Assembly: GCA_963771465.1 (NCBI GenBank)
Contig: CAVYTU010000014.1
Coordinates: forward strand, 448,001 to 512,000
Direction: 5' to 3'
From: an uncultured delta proteobacterium
GTDB taxonomy: Bacteria; Desulfobacterota; Binatia; UBA9968
DNA: 64,000 nt
Numbering within the stretch: the stretch's first letter is position 1; each line of letters opens with the position of its first letter. Below are positions 28,159 through 41,470 of this stretch, one piece after another. The notes under the pieces are model-generated. The model saw only the letters and a list, made by a program, of their open reading frames with translations, had not been told where the DNA came from and did no database searches. A program made the translations under genes and the position numbers.

Positions 28159-29784
28159 TTATCCGTGGTTGCGGTTGATCCAATACTGCTGGGCGATGCT
28201 GAGCACGTTGTTCACCAGCCAGTAAACCGTCAAACCGGCGGGAAACGACACAAACATGAAAGTGAACATCAGCGGCATGAGCATCATCATTTTGCGCTGA
28301 TTAGGATCGCCGGCAGACGGCGTCATCCACTGCTGCAAGAACATACTGCCGCCCATCAGGATCGTCAGGACTGGAACGCCAAGATGCCAATCGCCGAAGC
28401 TAAATGGCAGCGCCTGCCAGTCGGGCCGCGACAGATCGTTGATCCACATGAACGGCGCGTGGCGCAGCTCGATGGGCGTGCTAAGTGCATTGTAGAGTCC
28501 GATGAATACCGGAAATTGCAAGATCATCGGCAAACAGCCGCCGAGCGGATTGACGCCGTTGCGCTTGTAGAGCTCCATGATCTCGCGATTGAGCTTTTCC
28601 TTATCATCGCCGAATTTTTCTTTGAGCTTCTCCATCTGCGGCGCGAGCTTCGACATCGATTTCATCGACACCATGCTCTTATGCGTCAAGGGCGCCATCA
28701 GCAGTTTGATCAGCACCGTGAGAATAATAATATCGAGGCCGTAGCTCGACGTCAGGCGATGGAAAAAATGCAGCACATATAACAACGGCTTGGAGACGAA
28801 GCCGAAATAGCCGAAATCGATGGAACGCTCAATACCTTTGCCGACCGATTCCAAGAGATCGATCTGTTTCGGGCCGACAAAAAGCGTATAACGTCCGTTA
28901 CCCGCCGGGCCGGCCATGGCCGATATCAATGCCGCGCCAGCTTGGCGCACGGAAATCTTATGTTGCGCGCCGTTGTCAGGCAACAGAGCGATAAAAAAAT
29001 AGGTGTGACCGAAACCCGCCCACGACACATCGCCGCTAAACTCATGGCCTTTGATCGCATCGGCTGGCGTTTCGCGTTTGATCTTGTTGTCGACCAGCGC
29101 GATGAATCCTTCGAACGGCGCGTCGTGATCGGCTACCGCATGATCGCTCTTGTCGGTGAGTAAGATTTCCGCCGCTTGGACGCTGCCATCCGCGGCTTTT
29201 GCGTTAACCTCAACTGCGATGGAATAATTTGCCCCGGTAAACGTTAGCGCCTTGGTAATCACCGTACCGCTCGCAGTTTGGCCTTGGAAAACCAAGTTGC
29301 CTTTAGCGTCGCCGGTCAATTTCAGATCGCCGCCCTGGGCGGCATAATTGACCGTGCCGTCGTCAACTGGCGTGGCACCCAGCAATCGCACGCCTAAGGG
29401 TAACGGCACTCCAGGGGCGGCAGTTACGATTTCAAAGAGCGGGCTTGTCGGCTCCGCCGATGTGCGATATTTTTTGAACTTGAAACTCTTCAGTCGCGCA
29501 CCTTGGGTAGTAAAAACAGCCAGGTAGTTATCGGTCTCGACGGTGATCTCTTTGGCCGATTGACCAGAGGGAATCTCGACGGGCGCAGTTGCGGCTGGCG
29601 TCGTCGCTGGCGCCGGCGTGATTGTCGGAGCCGTGCCGTCTGCTGGGGCTTTCTCCCCATCGCTCTTCACATCGACCGGCGCCGGCACCGTCACGGGAGT
29701 GGGGTAATAGTAGTTGACCAACTGCTGGTAAACTACCAGGACGAGAATCGATAGAGCTATACCAATGAGTGCGCGTTTATCCAT
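28159..29784 (-). CDS. yidC: Membrane protein insertase
   Basis: IDFG.FG, NPLGGCLP, ELRHAPF.WI.DLS, PAGL.VYW. Confidence 0.96.
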   Translation of the reverse strand: MDKRALIGIALSILVLVVYQQLVNYYYPTPVTVPAPVDVKSDGEKAPADGTAPTITPAPATTPAATAPVEIPSGQSAKEITVETDNYLAVFTTQGARLKSFKFKKYRTSAEPTSPLFEIVTAAPGVPLPLGVRLLGATPVDDGTVNYAAQGGDLKLTGDAKGNLVFQGQTASGTVITKALTFTGANYSIAVEVNAKAADGSVQAAEILLTDKSDHAVADHDAPFEGFIALVDNKIKRETPADAIKGHEFSGDVSWAGFGHTYFFIALLPDNGAQHKISVRQAGAALISAMAGPAGNGRYTLFVGPKQIDLLESVGKGIERSIDFGYFGFVSKPLLYVLHFFHRLTSSYGLDIIILTVLIKLLMAPLTHKSMVSMKSMSKLAPQMEKLKEKFGDDKEKLNREIMELYKRNGVNPLGGCLPMILQFPVFIGLYNALSTPIELRHAPFMWINDLSRPDWQALPFSFGDWHLGVPVLTILMGGSMFLQQWMTPSAGDPNQRKMMMLMPLMFTFMFVSFPAGLTVYWLVNNVLSIAQQYWINRNHG

Positions 29785-29793
29785 GGATTGAAA

Positions 29794-30006
29794 TCACTTA
29801 ACCGGATCGTAGCCACCGGGATGGCCGGGGTGACAGCGGGCGATGCGAAATAGGCCAAAAAATATTCCTTTGAAGATGCCATGCTTTTGAATCGCTTGCT
29901 CTGTGTATGCTGAACAAGTGGGATCGAACCGGCAGGCAGCGGGCAGAAATGGCGACAGCACTTTACGATAACCGAACAAGAGCAAACTGAGCGCCGAGCG
30001 AATCAT
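29794..30006 (-). CDS. yidD: Membrane protein insertion efficiency factor
   Basis: CRFDPTCSAY, RCHP...GGYDPV. Confidence 0.93.
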   Translation of the reverse strand: MIRSALSLLLFGYRKVLSPFLPAACRFDPTCSAYTEQAIQKHGIFKGIFFGLFRIARCHPGHPGGYDPVK

Positions 30007-30011
30007 GGGTA

Positions 30012-30377
30012 TCACGAATTGCGCTGACGGCGTTGCTTGGCTAGGGCTTGGTCGATTTCGCTCACGATCAACGCGTTGGCCAAAGTCGCGGCGCTGTTGC
30101 GCGCGATGATCAGCACATCGGTCGACTTCGGCCAATCTCCACGGTGGCGGCGGAAATACTCTCGCACCTGTCGTTTGATCCGATTGCGCACCACCGAGTT
30201 GCCGACTTTGCCGCTCACCGTGATTCCGATCCGGCTCTCAGCGCCGTCATGGGCTTGGCTGATCACAACGAAGTTGGCCGATTGAAACTTACTGCCGGTA
30301 CGCGACAGTTTTAAGAACTCTGGTCGTTTGCGCAGGCGGGCGGTCTTCGGAAACCGTTCGCTAGCTATGCGCGGCAT
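30012..30377 (-). CDS. rnpA: Ribonuclease P protein component
   Basis: RIGITVS.KVGNSVVRNRIKR. Confidence 0.95.
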   Translation of the reverse strand: MPRIASERFPKTARLRKRPEFLKLSRTGSKFQSANFVVISQAHDGAESRIGITVSGKVGNSVVRNRIKRQVREYFRRHRGDWPKSTDVLIIARNSAATLANALIVSEIDQALAKQRRQRNS

Positions 30378-30386
30378 CTGCGGCTA

Positions 30387-30548
30387 TTAGGTGCGTGCCC
30401 GTTTGGGCGGCACGGATACCGTAAGTTTTTTCCGCCCCTTGGCCCGGCGTCGCCTGAGCACATTGCGGCCGCCAGGGGTTTCCATGCGGGCGAGAAAACC
30501 ATGGGTGCGTTTTCTCTTTATGTTGCTCGGTTGATAGGTTCGTTTCAT
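30387..30548 (-). CDS. rpmH: 50S ribosomal protein L34
   Basis: Hand-translated: [53 protein letters not shown] (not in the ORF track). Confidence 0.96.
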   Translation of the reverse strand: MKRTYQPSNIKRKRTHGFLARMETPGGRNVLRRRRAKGRKKLTVSVPPKRART

Positions 30549-30634
30549 AGAAATAATACTCCCTCAGGCCGCCGTTACGGCCAAGTGGTTATTTGAATCA
30601 TACCGACGCCGTGAAGTCAATTTTGCCGGCAATT

Positions 30635-31642
30635 TTAGCCCGCTTCGGACTTTAAGGAACGCTGCATCAAGTCGCGCACCGCTTCAGCCGGCTGTTTGCC
30701 GGCATAAAGCACCCCATACATCTGCTCGACGATCGGCATCTCGACGCCGAGTTGCCCGGCCAGCGAATGAAGCGAGCGCGTATTGCGCACGCCCTCGGCG
30801 ATCGTCCTCGTCGCGCCGGAAATTTCCGCCAAGCTCTTGCCGCTGGCAATTTGCAGTCCGACGGTTCGATTGCGGCTTAAATCTCCGGCACAGGTGAGAA
30901 TCAAGTCGCCCAAACCCGGCAAGCCGGAAAGGGTCATCGAGTCAGCACCCATCCGCACGGCCAAGCGAGTCATCTCGGCGAGCCCACGAGTTATCAGCGC
31001 GGCGCGAGCGTTCTGGCCCAAGCCGAGGCCGTCGCTGATACCGGCGGCGATGGCAATCACGTTTTTCACCACGCCGCCGATCTGCACGCCGATGACATCG
31101 CTCGAGGTGTATACCCGCAAGCTCGGCGTGTTCAAAACATCTTGAACCAACGCCGCGACGGCTGGCGAATACGCAGCCACCGTCACCGCCGCGGGTAGCC
31201 CGTGCGCCACTTCGATCGCAAAGGTCGGCCCCGAAAGAAAAGCCTGGCGCTCTCGGTTAGCGGCGCCAAAAATGTCGGCGAACAGCTCGCCCATGGTTTT
31301 GAGCGTACCTTCTTCCAAACCCTTGGTACCACAAAGCATCAACGTATCCGGCGCAAGCTTGCTCTTAGCTTGAGCGAAAACTTCGCGCACCGCGTGGGAC
31401 GGTACGGCGCAGATAACTAGGAACTTGCCGGCAACCGCACTGGCTATCGCCTGCGTAACCGCGAGGTTTTCGGGAAGTTGAATGCCGGAAAGATAGGCTC
31501 GATTTTCGCGCCGGTCGGTGATGTCGCGATAGCTCGACGTCCCATGGCACCAAAGCATAACATCTTCGCCCTTTTCGGCGAGCACCTTGGCCAGTGCCGT
31601 ACCCCAACCGCCGGCGCCGACGACTCCAACCTGTCTAGCCAT
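30635..31642 (-). CDS. gpsA: NAD(P)H-dependent glycerol-3-phosphate dehydrogenase
   Basis: GAGGWGTALA, LSGPTFA.E, KNVIAIA.G, GDLILTC...SRN. Confidence 0.96.
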   Translation of the reverse strand: MARQVGVVGAGGWGTALAKVLAEKGEDVMLWCHGTSSYRDITDRRENRAYLSGIQLPENLAVTQAIASAVAGKFLVICAVPSHAVREVFAQAKSKLAPDTLMLCGTKGLEEGTLKTMGELFADIFGAANRERQAFLSGPTFAIEVAHGLPAAVTVAAYSPAVAALVQDVLNTPSLRVYTSSDVIGVQIGGVVKNVIAIAAGISDGLGLGQNARAALITRGLAEMTRLAVRMGADSMTLSGLPGLGDLILTCAGDLSRNRTVGLQIASGKSLAEISGATRTIAEGVRNTRSLHSLAGQLGVEMPIVEQMYGVLYAGKQPAEAVRDLMQRSLKSEAG

Positions 31643-31716
31643 GACGAACTAAAACTGCCGCATCGTTACTCGATCGAATCCGCATGTTTTTGAATTTTTA
31701 TTTCGCCTTTTTACCT

Positions 31717-34182
31717 TTATTGTTCGCCGCCGTTGCTGCCGTCATCTTCCTCTTCCTTTTCGACCACGCGGGCCAGCGAAACCACGCGCTCGCCTTCTTC
31801 AAGCTCGATCAGCCGCACGCCCTGAGTGTTGCGGCCGATGATGCGGATGTCTTTGATACGGAGACGAATAATTTTGCCGTTGGTCGTGACGAGCATCAGC
31901 TGATCGTCCTCGGTCACTTGCTGCACGCCGATGACGCGGCCGGTCTTATCCGTCGTCTTCATCGTGATGATGCCCTTGCCACCGCGGGACTGCAGCCGGT
32001 ACTCGTCCATATTGGTACGTTTGCCGAAGCCGCCGTCAGCCACAGTGAGCACATCGAAGCCACGCGTGAGAATCTCCATGCTCACGACGTGATCGCCTTC
32101 GTCGAGACGCATGCCGACGACGCCGAAGGTGCCGCGCCCGGTCGCGCGAACCTGTTCTTCTTTGAAACGAATCGACTGCCCTTCCGCCGTCGAGAGAATC
32201 AATTCCTGTTGGCCGTCGGTAAGACGCACGTCGATGACTTCATCGCCGTCTTCCAATCCGATGGCGCGAATGCCGCTCAGCCGCGGGTTGGAGTAAGCCA
32301 TCAGTTCGGTTTTCTTGATCAAGCCGTTCTTGGTCGCGAAAATGATATAGCGCCCTTCTTGAAACTCCCGGACGGTGAGAAACGCTGAAACCTTTTCGCC
32401 AGGCTCAAGGTTGAGCAAATTAACGATCGGCCGGCCGCGCGCGGCCCGGCTCGCCTGCGGCAGCTCGTGAACTTTGATCCAGTAAACCTTTCCGACGGTC
32501 GTGAAGAAGAGAATATAGGAGTGCATCGAGGCGATGAACAGATATTCGACGAAATCCTCTTCTCGGGTCGTCGTGCCGATCTTGCCTTTGCCGCCGCGCC
32601 GCTGCGCCCGGTAAAGCGAAACGGCGTTGCGCTTGATATATCCTTCATGGGAGATCGTCACCGCCATGTCTTCGTCGACGATCATGTCCTCGATGGAGAT
32701 CTCATCGGTGTGATCGACGATCTGCGTGCGCCGCTCATCGCCGTATTTTTCCTTGACCTCCTTAAGCTCATCGACGACGATCCTGTAAATCTCCCGTTCG
32801 TCGGCGAGAATCGCGCGGAACTTGGCGATCAGTTCCACCGTCTCGCGGTGCTCTTCCATGATCTTGTCGCGCTCCAAGCCGGTCAAACGCTGCAAGCGGA
32901 GATCCAAAATCGCCTGGGCTTGAATTTCGCTCAGACCGAAGTTCGTCATCAAGCCTTCCCTGGCGACGCGCGGTTCGGAGGAACCGCGGATCAAGGCGAT
33001 CACCGCGTCGAGATTGTCCAGCGCGATGCGATAGCCTTCTAAAATATGCAGCCGCTCCTCGGCCTTACGCAGGTCGTAGGCCGTGCGCCGCGTGATGACT
33101 TCTTTACGGTGATCGAGGAAACACTTGAGCGCTTCTTTGAGGTTGAGCAATTTCGGCCTGCCATCGACGATGGCGAGCAGGTTGATGCCGAAGGATTCTT
33201 GCAGCGCGGTGTGCTTGTAGAGCTGGTTGATAATGATTTCCGCCACCGCGTCGCGCTTGAGCTCGACAACGATGCGCATTCCTTCGCGATCCGATTCGTC
33301 TCGCAAGTCGCCAATCCCTTCGACCTTTTTCTCCTGTACCAGCGCGGCGATCTGTTCGATCAGCTTCACCTTGTTCACTTGATAAGGGATCTCGCTGATG
33401 ATGATCTGTTCTTTACCGGTGCGCTTGAGCGTTTCCGTGAAGGCCTTGCCGCGCATTTGAATGATCCCTTTGCCTTCATGGTAGGCTTGGATGATCGGCT
33501 CGCGGCCGTGAATGAAACCGGCTGTCGGAAAATCGGGGCCGGGAATATGGCGCATCAATTGTTTGACGGTAATCTCCGGATTGCTGACCAGCGCCACCAA
33601 AGCGTCGATCACCTCGTTCAAATTATGCGGCGGAATATTGGTCGCCATACCGACGGCAATACCGGCGGAACCGTTGATCAGCAAATTGGGAATGCGCGAT
33701 GGCAGCACCGCCGGCTCTTTGAGCGTGTCGTCGTAGTTGGCGGTGAAGTCGACGGTTTCCTTTTCAATGTCGGCGAGCATCTCCTCGGCCAGCGGCGTCA
33801 TGCGGATCTCGGTGTAACGCATCGCCGCGGGATTATCGCCGTCGATGGAGCCGAAGTTTCCCTGGCCGTCGACCAGCGGGTAGCGCAGGTTGAAACTCTG
33901 CGCCATGCGCACGATCGTATCGTAGATCGCCGTATCGCCATGGGGATGATACTTACCCATAATATCGCCGACCAGACGGGCGGATTTTTTATACGGCCGG
34001 TCCGACGTGTTGCTCGCGTCGTACATGGCGTAGAGCACCCGGCGGTGCACCGGCTTCAAGCCGTCGCGCACGTCGGGCAGAGCGCGGCTGATGATCACGC
34101 TCATGGCGTAGGCCATGAACGACTCGCGCATCTCTTCTTCGATATAGACGGGAACCTTTTGCGACTTAAAGCCTGCTTCCAT
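31717..34182 (-). CDS. gyrA: DNA gyrase subunit A
   Basis: RALPDVRDGLKPVHRR, HPHGD, AAMRYTE, GyrA box QRRGGKG. Confidence 0.97.
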   Translation of the reverse strand: MEAGFKSQKVPVYIEEEMRESFMAYAMSVIISRALPDVRDGLKPVHRRVLYAMYDASNTSDRPYKKSARLVGDIMGKYHPHGDTAIYDTIVRMAQSFNLRYPLVDGQGNFGSIDGDNPAAMRYTEIRMTPLAEEMLADIEKETVDFTANYDDTLKEPAVLPSRIPNLLINGSAGIAVGMATNIPPHNLNEVIDALVALVSNPEITVKQLMRHIPGPDFPTAGFIHGREPIIQAYHEGKGIIQMRGKAFTETLKRTGKEQIIISEIPYQVNKVKLIEQIAALVQEKKVEGIGDLRDESDREGMRIVVELKRDAVAEIIINQLYKHTALQESFGINLLAIVDGRPKLLNLKEALKCFLDHRKEVITRRTAYDLRKAEERLHILEGYRIALDNLDAVIALIRGSSEPRVAREGLMTNFGLSEIQAQAILDLRLQRLTGLERDKIMEEHRETVELIAKFRAILADEREIYRIVVDELKEVKEKYGDERRTQIVDHTDEISIEDMIVDEDMAVTISHEGYIKRNAVSLYRAQRRGGKGKIGTTTREEDFVEYLFIASMHSYILFFTTVGKVYWIKVHELPQASRAARGRPIVNLLNLEPGEKVSAFLTVREFQEGRYIIFATKNGLIKKTELMAYSNPRLSGIRAIGLEDGDEVIDVRLTDGQQELILSTAEGQSIRFKEEQVRATGRGTFGVVGMRLDEGDHVVSMEILTRGFDVLTVADGGFGKRTNMDEYRLQSRGGKGIITMKTTDKTGRVIGVQQVTEDDQLMLVTTNGKIIRLRIKDIRIIGRNTQGVRLIELEEGERVVSLARVVEKEEEDDGSNGGEQ

Positions 34183-34274
34183 GAATCACCTACGGGGTAA
34201 AAATTGCTAGAAAGAATGCCGCACTCAAACGGCCCAACGGTTAAAACGACTTGAACGGCGTGATTTGTTGCCGA

Positions 34275-36752
<2,478 letters not shown>

Positions 36753-36946
36753 TTAGGAAGTTTTTCAGCTGCCAAAGATAGTACCGGAAAGCGTGCCAAA
36801 AGTAAAGCGATAAGTTTCCTCTAAATGTTTGAATTTGAAGGAAAAATTTTAAATTTTTGGGGTGAATTTGGAAAATCTCGCAAATCCCCTCTCTCACCCC
36901 TTCTTTCGGTTGACACGCCGCCGGCTTCTGAGGGAAAAGAATTGCC

Positions 36947-37653
36947 ATGCAAAATCTCCTTGCGGCGATCAAATACTTCACCATTTGGGGCCGTATCACT
37001 AGCGCCAAACCAACTGCCGAAGCCATCGGCAGCGCCGCAATTTATTTTCCTTTGATCGGATTCACCTTAGGATTGTTGCTCGCGCTAATTCAGTACGGGT
37101 TGGGTCTTTATCTCGACTCTTCCATTCTCAGCATTTTGCTGGTCGCTGCACTCTTGCTTGCCAGTGGCGGTTGCCATCTCGAGGGCACGAGAAATACTTT
37201 CGCCGCGCTTTGCGCCGAGCCTGCTTCCGCCAATCGCTGCAGGATAATTTTTGGGGAATTGTCGCAATCGTTTTTCTGATGCTGTTCAAGATCCGCGCCA
37301 TCGACGTGATCAATGACAAACTCACTGTGAGTTTACTCCTGACGCCTGTTTTGGCCCGCTGGGCGCTGGTGCTTTTCATTTACGGCTACCATGACCGCTG
37401 CGAGGAAATCCCACGGCGCATCGCCGAGAATGTTCGCGTCTGGCATCTACTCGCGAGCACACTCGCGAGTCTGGGTCTGGCATATTACTTATTGGGTCGC
37501 AAAGGACTCTGGATCGGCCTCGCTTTGTCGATCATGACGCTATTGGTAAGAAGTTTTTTACATCGCCGCCATGCGGTTCTTAGCCACGACAACTTCGGCG
37601 CGGTCATCGAGCTCGACGAAATGCTTTGCTTAATCTTGTTAGCTTCGCTTTGA
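36947..37653 (+). CDS. cobS: Cobalamin synthase CobS-like (frameshift near 37240)
   Basis: YFPLIG..LG, GG.HLEG, LARW, D.FGAVIE membrane motifs split over two frames. Confidence 0.7.
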
Positions 37654-37676
37654 TATGGTTATGTCTGCCTCACTCC

Positions 37677-38552
37677 ATGGATGTGTTTAGAGCGCTTTCC
37701 CCTGTTGTTCCGGTGTTTCTGCTGATCGCCGCCGGTTTCACTTTCGCCCACTGGAAAAAAATCAGCCTCGCCTCGGTGACCGAAATTATCGTCTATTTGG
37801 GAACGCCGTCGTTAGTATTCAGCTCGCTTGCGAGTAAACCGCTTTACCCTGGAGATTTGGCGGTACTGGCGAGCGGCATTATCGCTATATTCGCCGGCGT
37901 TGGGCTTTTGGTCCGCATTTATTTCCTGATTTTCCGCTTTCACTCGCGCGGCTTTGCTCTGCCCACACTATTTATGAACGCCGGCAACATGGGAATTCCG
38001 TTGGCGTTCTTCGCATTCCACGAAGCCGGCTTGCAGCGCGCCACGCTGTTGTTCGTCATCTGCACGTTTCTCCAGTATTCACTGGGAATTTATATCCTGC
38101 AGGGGCGCGGCAATTGGACGGAAATCTTTCGTCTGCCGCTGATCTACGCGACACTCGGCGGTCTGGCGTTTAATTTGCTGCAGATCAAACTGCCCGAGCT
38201 ATTGTTGCAGCCGATCGTGATGCTCGGCCAAGCGACGATTCCGATCATGTTGATCAGTCTCGGTTACCGGCTCCACGAAGTCGAATCGCTGCAATGGGGC
38301 CACGCGCTTGGCGGCGCGCTGGTGCGCATCTTTGGCGGCTTCGCCGTCGCCAACGTTGCAGTCATGGTAATCGGTGCCCAAGGCGTCAACCGTCAAGTTT
38401 TATTGCTCTACGGCGCGCTACCGGCAGCAGTGATCAACTTCATTTTGACGGAAAAATATCGCCAAGATCCCGGCCTCGCCGCTTCCATCGTCGTGCTCAG
38501 CACTTTGATTTCGGTTCTGACTATTCCCATCGTCTTCTGGTTGATCCTTTAA
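37677..38552 (+). CDS. AEC-family (auxin efflux carrier) transporter
   Basis: P.LVF, NAGNMGIP, P.MLISLG, P.A..NF, ST..S..TIP. Confidence 0.88.
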   Translation: MDVFRALSPVVPVFLLIAAGFTFAHWKKISLASVTEIIVYLGTPSLVFSSLASKPLYPGDLAVLASGIIAIFAGVGLLVRIYFLIFRFHSRGFALPTLFMNAGNMGIPLAFFAFHEAGLQRATLLFVICTFLQYSLGIYILQGRGNWTEIFRLPLIYATLGGLAFNLLQIKLPELLLQPIVMLGQATIPIMLISLGYRLHEVESLQWGHALGGALVRIFGGFAVANVAVMVIGAQGVNRQVLLLYGALPAAVINFILTEKYRQDPGLAASIVVLSTLISVLTIPIVFWLIL

Positions 38553-38597
38553 CAATATTTAGTGTTGACAAGAAAATTTCGCTACTATATATAGACG
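38550..38597 (+). promoter_or_regulatory. Tandem NrdR boxes overlapping a sigma70 promoter
   Basis: taaCAATATTTAGtgt (38550-38565) and ctaCTATATATAGacg (38582-38597), 32 bp apart; TTGACA at 38565. Confidence 0.72.
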
Positions 38598-38602
38598 TGC
38601 AG

Positions 38603-38790
38603 CTGTCGGTACGCTTTGTTTCAAAGCGTTGAAAAAGGGAACCCGGTGCGAATCCGGGACTGCCCCGCAGCGGTAAGTAGGAACGAAAGCCGTCATAAGC
38701 ACTGACTCTCTCATGAGTTGGGAAGCGACGGCGAGTAGAAAGCAGCCTAAAAAGGCTAAAGGCCTACAAGTCCGAAGACCTGCCGACGGT
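38603..38790 (+). promoter_or_regulatory. Cobalamin riboswitch 1 (nrdAB)
   Basis: AAAAGGGAACCCGGTGCGAATCCGGGACTGCCCCGCAGCGGTAA...GCACTG...TGGGAAG...AAGTCCGAAGACCTGCC. Confidence 0.93.
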
Positions 38791-39038
38791 CCGTGCAACC
38801 GCACGGAACATGACCCGGGCCTCCGTGGGGAGAGACGCGGGAAGCAACGCTACCAAGTCTTACATCCGAGGTAGTTTCTTCTCTCTCTGTGTTTCCCCCT
38901 AAGGATCGTCCGCGCCGCGCCCGAGAGGGGGCGGAGTCGGCCAGTTTGTGTTTTGTCATCAGGACAAAATGACATTGAGCGCTCTTCCTTCCCGGTCGTA
39001 TCCATCGATCGCAACCCGAACCTAGAGAGGAGATTCAG

Positions 39039-41450
39039 ATGACACTAGCCTTACTCAGTAATCCCAACCTAACAACCGCCGAAGAAATCGAGCGGCAGCA
39101 TTTACACTTACACGCGCCGAACGATCGAGAACTGCACGTGACCATGCGCGTGCAAAAACGCAACGGTTCCTTTGAGCCCGTCGACGTCAACAAAATTGTT
39201 CGCGCCGTCGCCCGTTGCTCCGTCGGTCTGACACATATCGATCCGCTGAAGATCGCCACCAAAACCATCGGCGGGCTCTATGACGGCGCCACGACTAAAG
39301 AGCTCGACACGCTGTCAATTCAAACCGCGGCGCAGCTGATCGCCGAAGAGACGGAATACTCGAAGCTGGCAGCGCGCCTGCTTGCCACGTTTATTGATAA
39401 AGAAATCGCCAACCAAGATATCCACTCCTTTTCTCAATCGATCGCCGCGGGCTTGCGTACAGGACTGATCGCCGATCGAACCGCGGCTTTCGTCACCGCC
39501 AACTCGCGCAAGCTCAACGACGTGATCGAAGCAAAGCGCAACGAGCTCTTCGAGTACTTCGGCTTGCGCACGCTTTATGACCGCTATCTCCTGCGCGATC
39601 CGCAGTCGCGCCAAGTGATCGAGACGCCGCAATACTTTTTCATGCGTGTCGCCTGCGGTCTGGCCGAAAGCGTCGCCGACGCGTTAGAATTTTATAACCT
39701 GCTATCGTCGTTCGAATACATGGTGAGCTCGCCGACGTTGTTTAATTCCGGCACGCGCCATCCGCAGATGTCCTCTTGTTATCTGCTCGACTCGCCGCGT
39801 GACAATCTCGAGGCGATTTACGGCCGCTATACCGACGTCGCCAAGCTGTCAAAATTCTCCGGCGGCATCGGCCTCGCGTATCATCGAATACGCTCGCGCG
39901 GCTCGCTCATCCAGAGCACCAACGGCCTGTCCAATGGCATCGTTCCCTGGCTCAAGACGCTCGACTCGTCGGTCGCGGCGGTGAATCAAGGCGGTAAACG
40001 GCAAGGCGCTTGTTGCAGCTATCTGGAAACCTGGCACGCCGATATCGAAGAGTTTTTGGAGCTACGCGACAATACTGGCGACAGTGCTCGGCGCACTCAT
40101 AACTTGAATCTCGCCAACTGGGTGCCCGATCTTTTCATGAAGCGGGTCGAAGAAGACGGCCTTTGGTCGCTCTTCGATCCCAAGGTGGTGCCGCAATTTC
40201 CCGATCTCTACGGCGAAGCGTTCGAGGCCGCCTATCTCGAAGCAGAAGCCAATGCAATTTATGCGCGCCAAGTGAAAGCCCGAGATCTTTACCTCCGCAT
40301 GATGAAGACCCTCGCCGAAACGGGAAATGGCTGGATCACGTTCAAAGATATCTGCAACGCCCGCGCCAATCAGACCGGCAAGCCGGGAAGAACGGTGCAC
40401 TCGTCCAATCTCTGCACGGAAATCGTCGAGATAACTTCGGACTCCGAGACCGCTGTCTGCAACTTGGGATCGATCAATCTCGCCAAATACGTAAACGGCG
40501 AGGGCTTCGACTTCGACAAGCTCGCAGCCAACGTACACATCGCGGTCAAATATCTCGATCGGGTCATCGATATCAATTTCTATCCGACCGCTGAAACCGC
40601 CGCATCAAACCAACGCTGGCGGCCGGTGGGCTTAGGCATCATGGGGCTGCAAGATGTCTTTTTTCAGCTACGCCTGCCGTTCGACGCGCTGGAAGCACGC
40701 GAACTGTCAAAGACAATCCAGGAAGAAATTTATTTTCACGCCCTGTCGGCGTCGTGCGATCTCGCCGCCGCCCTCGGCCGGCATTCCGATTTCGATGATA
40801 CCCGGGTGGCCCAAGGAACTTTTCAATTCGATCTGTGGGGTGCCACTCCCGAAAACCGACAACGCTGGGACGAGTTGCGTCAACGTATGGCCGAAAGCGG
40901 CCTGAGAAACTCGTTGCTGATCGCCATCGCCCCTACCGCGACCATCGGCTCCATCGTCGGATCCTACGAATCCATCGAGCCGGCAGTCTCCAATCTATTC
41001 AAGCGCGAAACTCTTTCCGGCGAATTTCTTCAGGTCAACCGCTATCTCGCCGCGGAACTAAAAAGCTTAGGACTTTGGACCGAAGAAATCCGCGCCAAGA
41101 TCAAGATCGCCGAGGGCTCGATCCAAAACATCGAGGAGATTCCAGCGGAGATAAGAGCGATTTATCGCACCGCGTGGGAGGTTCCCATGCGTTCGCTCAT
41201 CGACATGGCGGCGGATCGCGGCGCGTTTATCGATCAAAGCCAGTCGCTGAACCTGTTCATGGAAAGTCCGTCCATCAACAAACTCTCCTCCATGTACATG
41301 TACGCCTGGAAAAAAGGACTGAAGACGACTTATTACCTGCGCTCGCGGCCGGCCACGCGCATCGCCAAAGCTACGGTCGCAGCCGCACCGGATGAAGTAG
41401 TTCTCGCCTGCGCGCTGGAAAATCCCGCTTCCTGCGAAGCGTGTCAATAA
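39039..41450 (+). CDS. nrdA: Class Ia ribonucleotide reductase alpha subunit with ATP cone
   Basis: VQKRNG ATP cone, SPTLFN, SSCYL, SNLCTE, APTAT, KTTYYLR, C-terminal CEAC. Confidence 0.95.
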   Translation: MTLALLSNPNLTTAEEIERQHLHLHAPNDRELHVTMRVQKRNGSFEPVDVNKIVRAVARCSVGLTHIDPLKIATKTIGGLYDGATTKELDTLSIQTAAQLIAEETEYSKLAARLLATFIDKEIANQDIHSFSQSIAAGLRTGLIADRTAAFVTANSRKLNDVIEAKRNELFEYFGLRTLYDRYLLRDPQSRQVIETPQYFFMRVACGLAESVADALEFYNLLSSFEYMVSSPTLFNSGTRHPQMSSCYLLDSPRDNLEAIYGRYTDVAKLSKFSGGIGLAYHRIRSRGSLIQSTNGLSNGIVPWLKTLDSSVAAVNQGGKRQGACCSYLETWHADIEEFLELRDNTGDSARRTHNLNLANWVPDLFMKRVEEDGLWSLFDPKVVPQFPDLYGEAFEAAYLEAEANAIYARQVKARDLYLRMMKTLAETGNGWITFKDICNARANQTGKPGRTVHSSNLCTEIVEITSDSETAVCNLGSINLAKYVNGEGFDFDKLAANVHIAVKYLDRVIDINFYPTAETAASNQRWRPVGLGIMGLQDVFFQLRLPFDALEARELSKTIQEEIYFHALSASCDLAAALGRHSDFDDTRVAQGTFQFDLWGATPENRQRWDELRQRMAESGLRNSLLIAIAPTATIGSIVGSYESIEPAVSNLFKRETLSGEFLQVNRYLAAELKSLGLWTEEIRAKIKIAEGSIQNIEEIPAEIRAIYRTAWEVPMRSLIDMAADRGAFIDQSQSLNLFMESPSINKLSSMYMYAWKKGLKTTYYLRSRPATRIAKATVAAAPDEVVLACALENPASCEACQ

Positions 41451-41470
41451 TACGGAAAGGTAAGAACGCC

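Noticed and set aside
33046-34200. Long antisense ORFs (e.g. 384 aa opposite gyrA; others opposite uvrA, gyrB and the Lon-like gene)
   Set aside because: Shadow ORFs typical of GC-rich coding DNA, with no motifs or RBS
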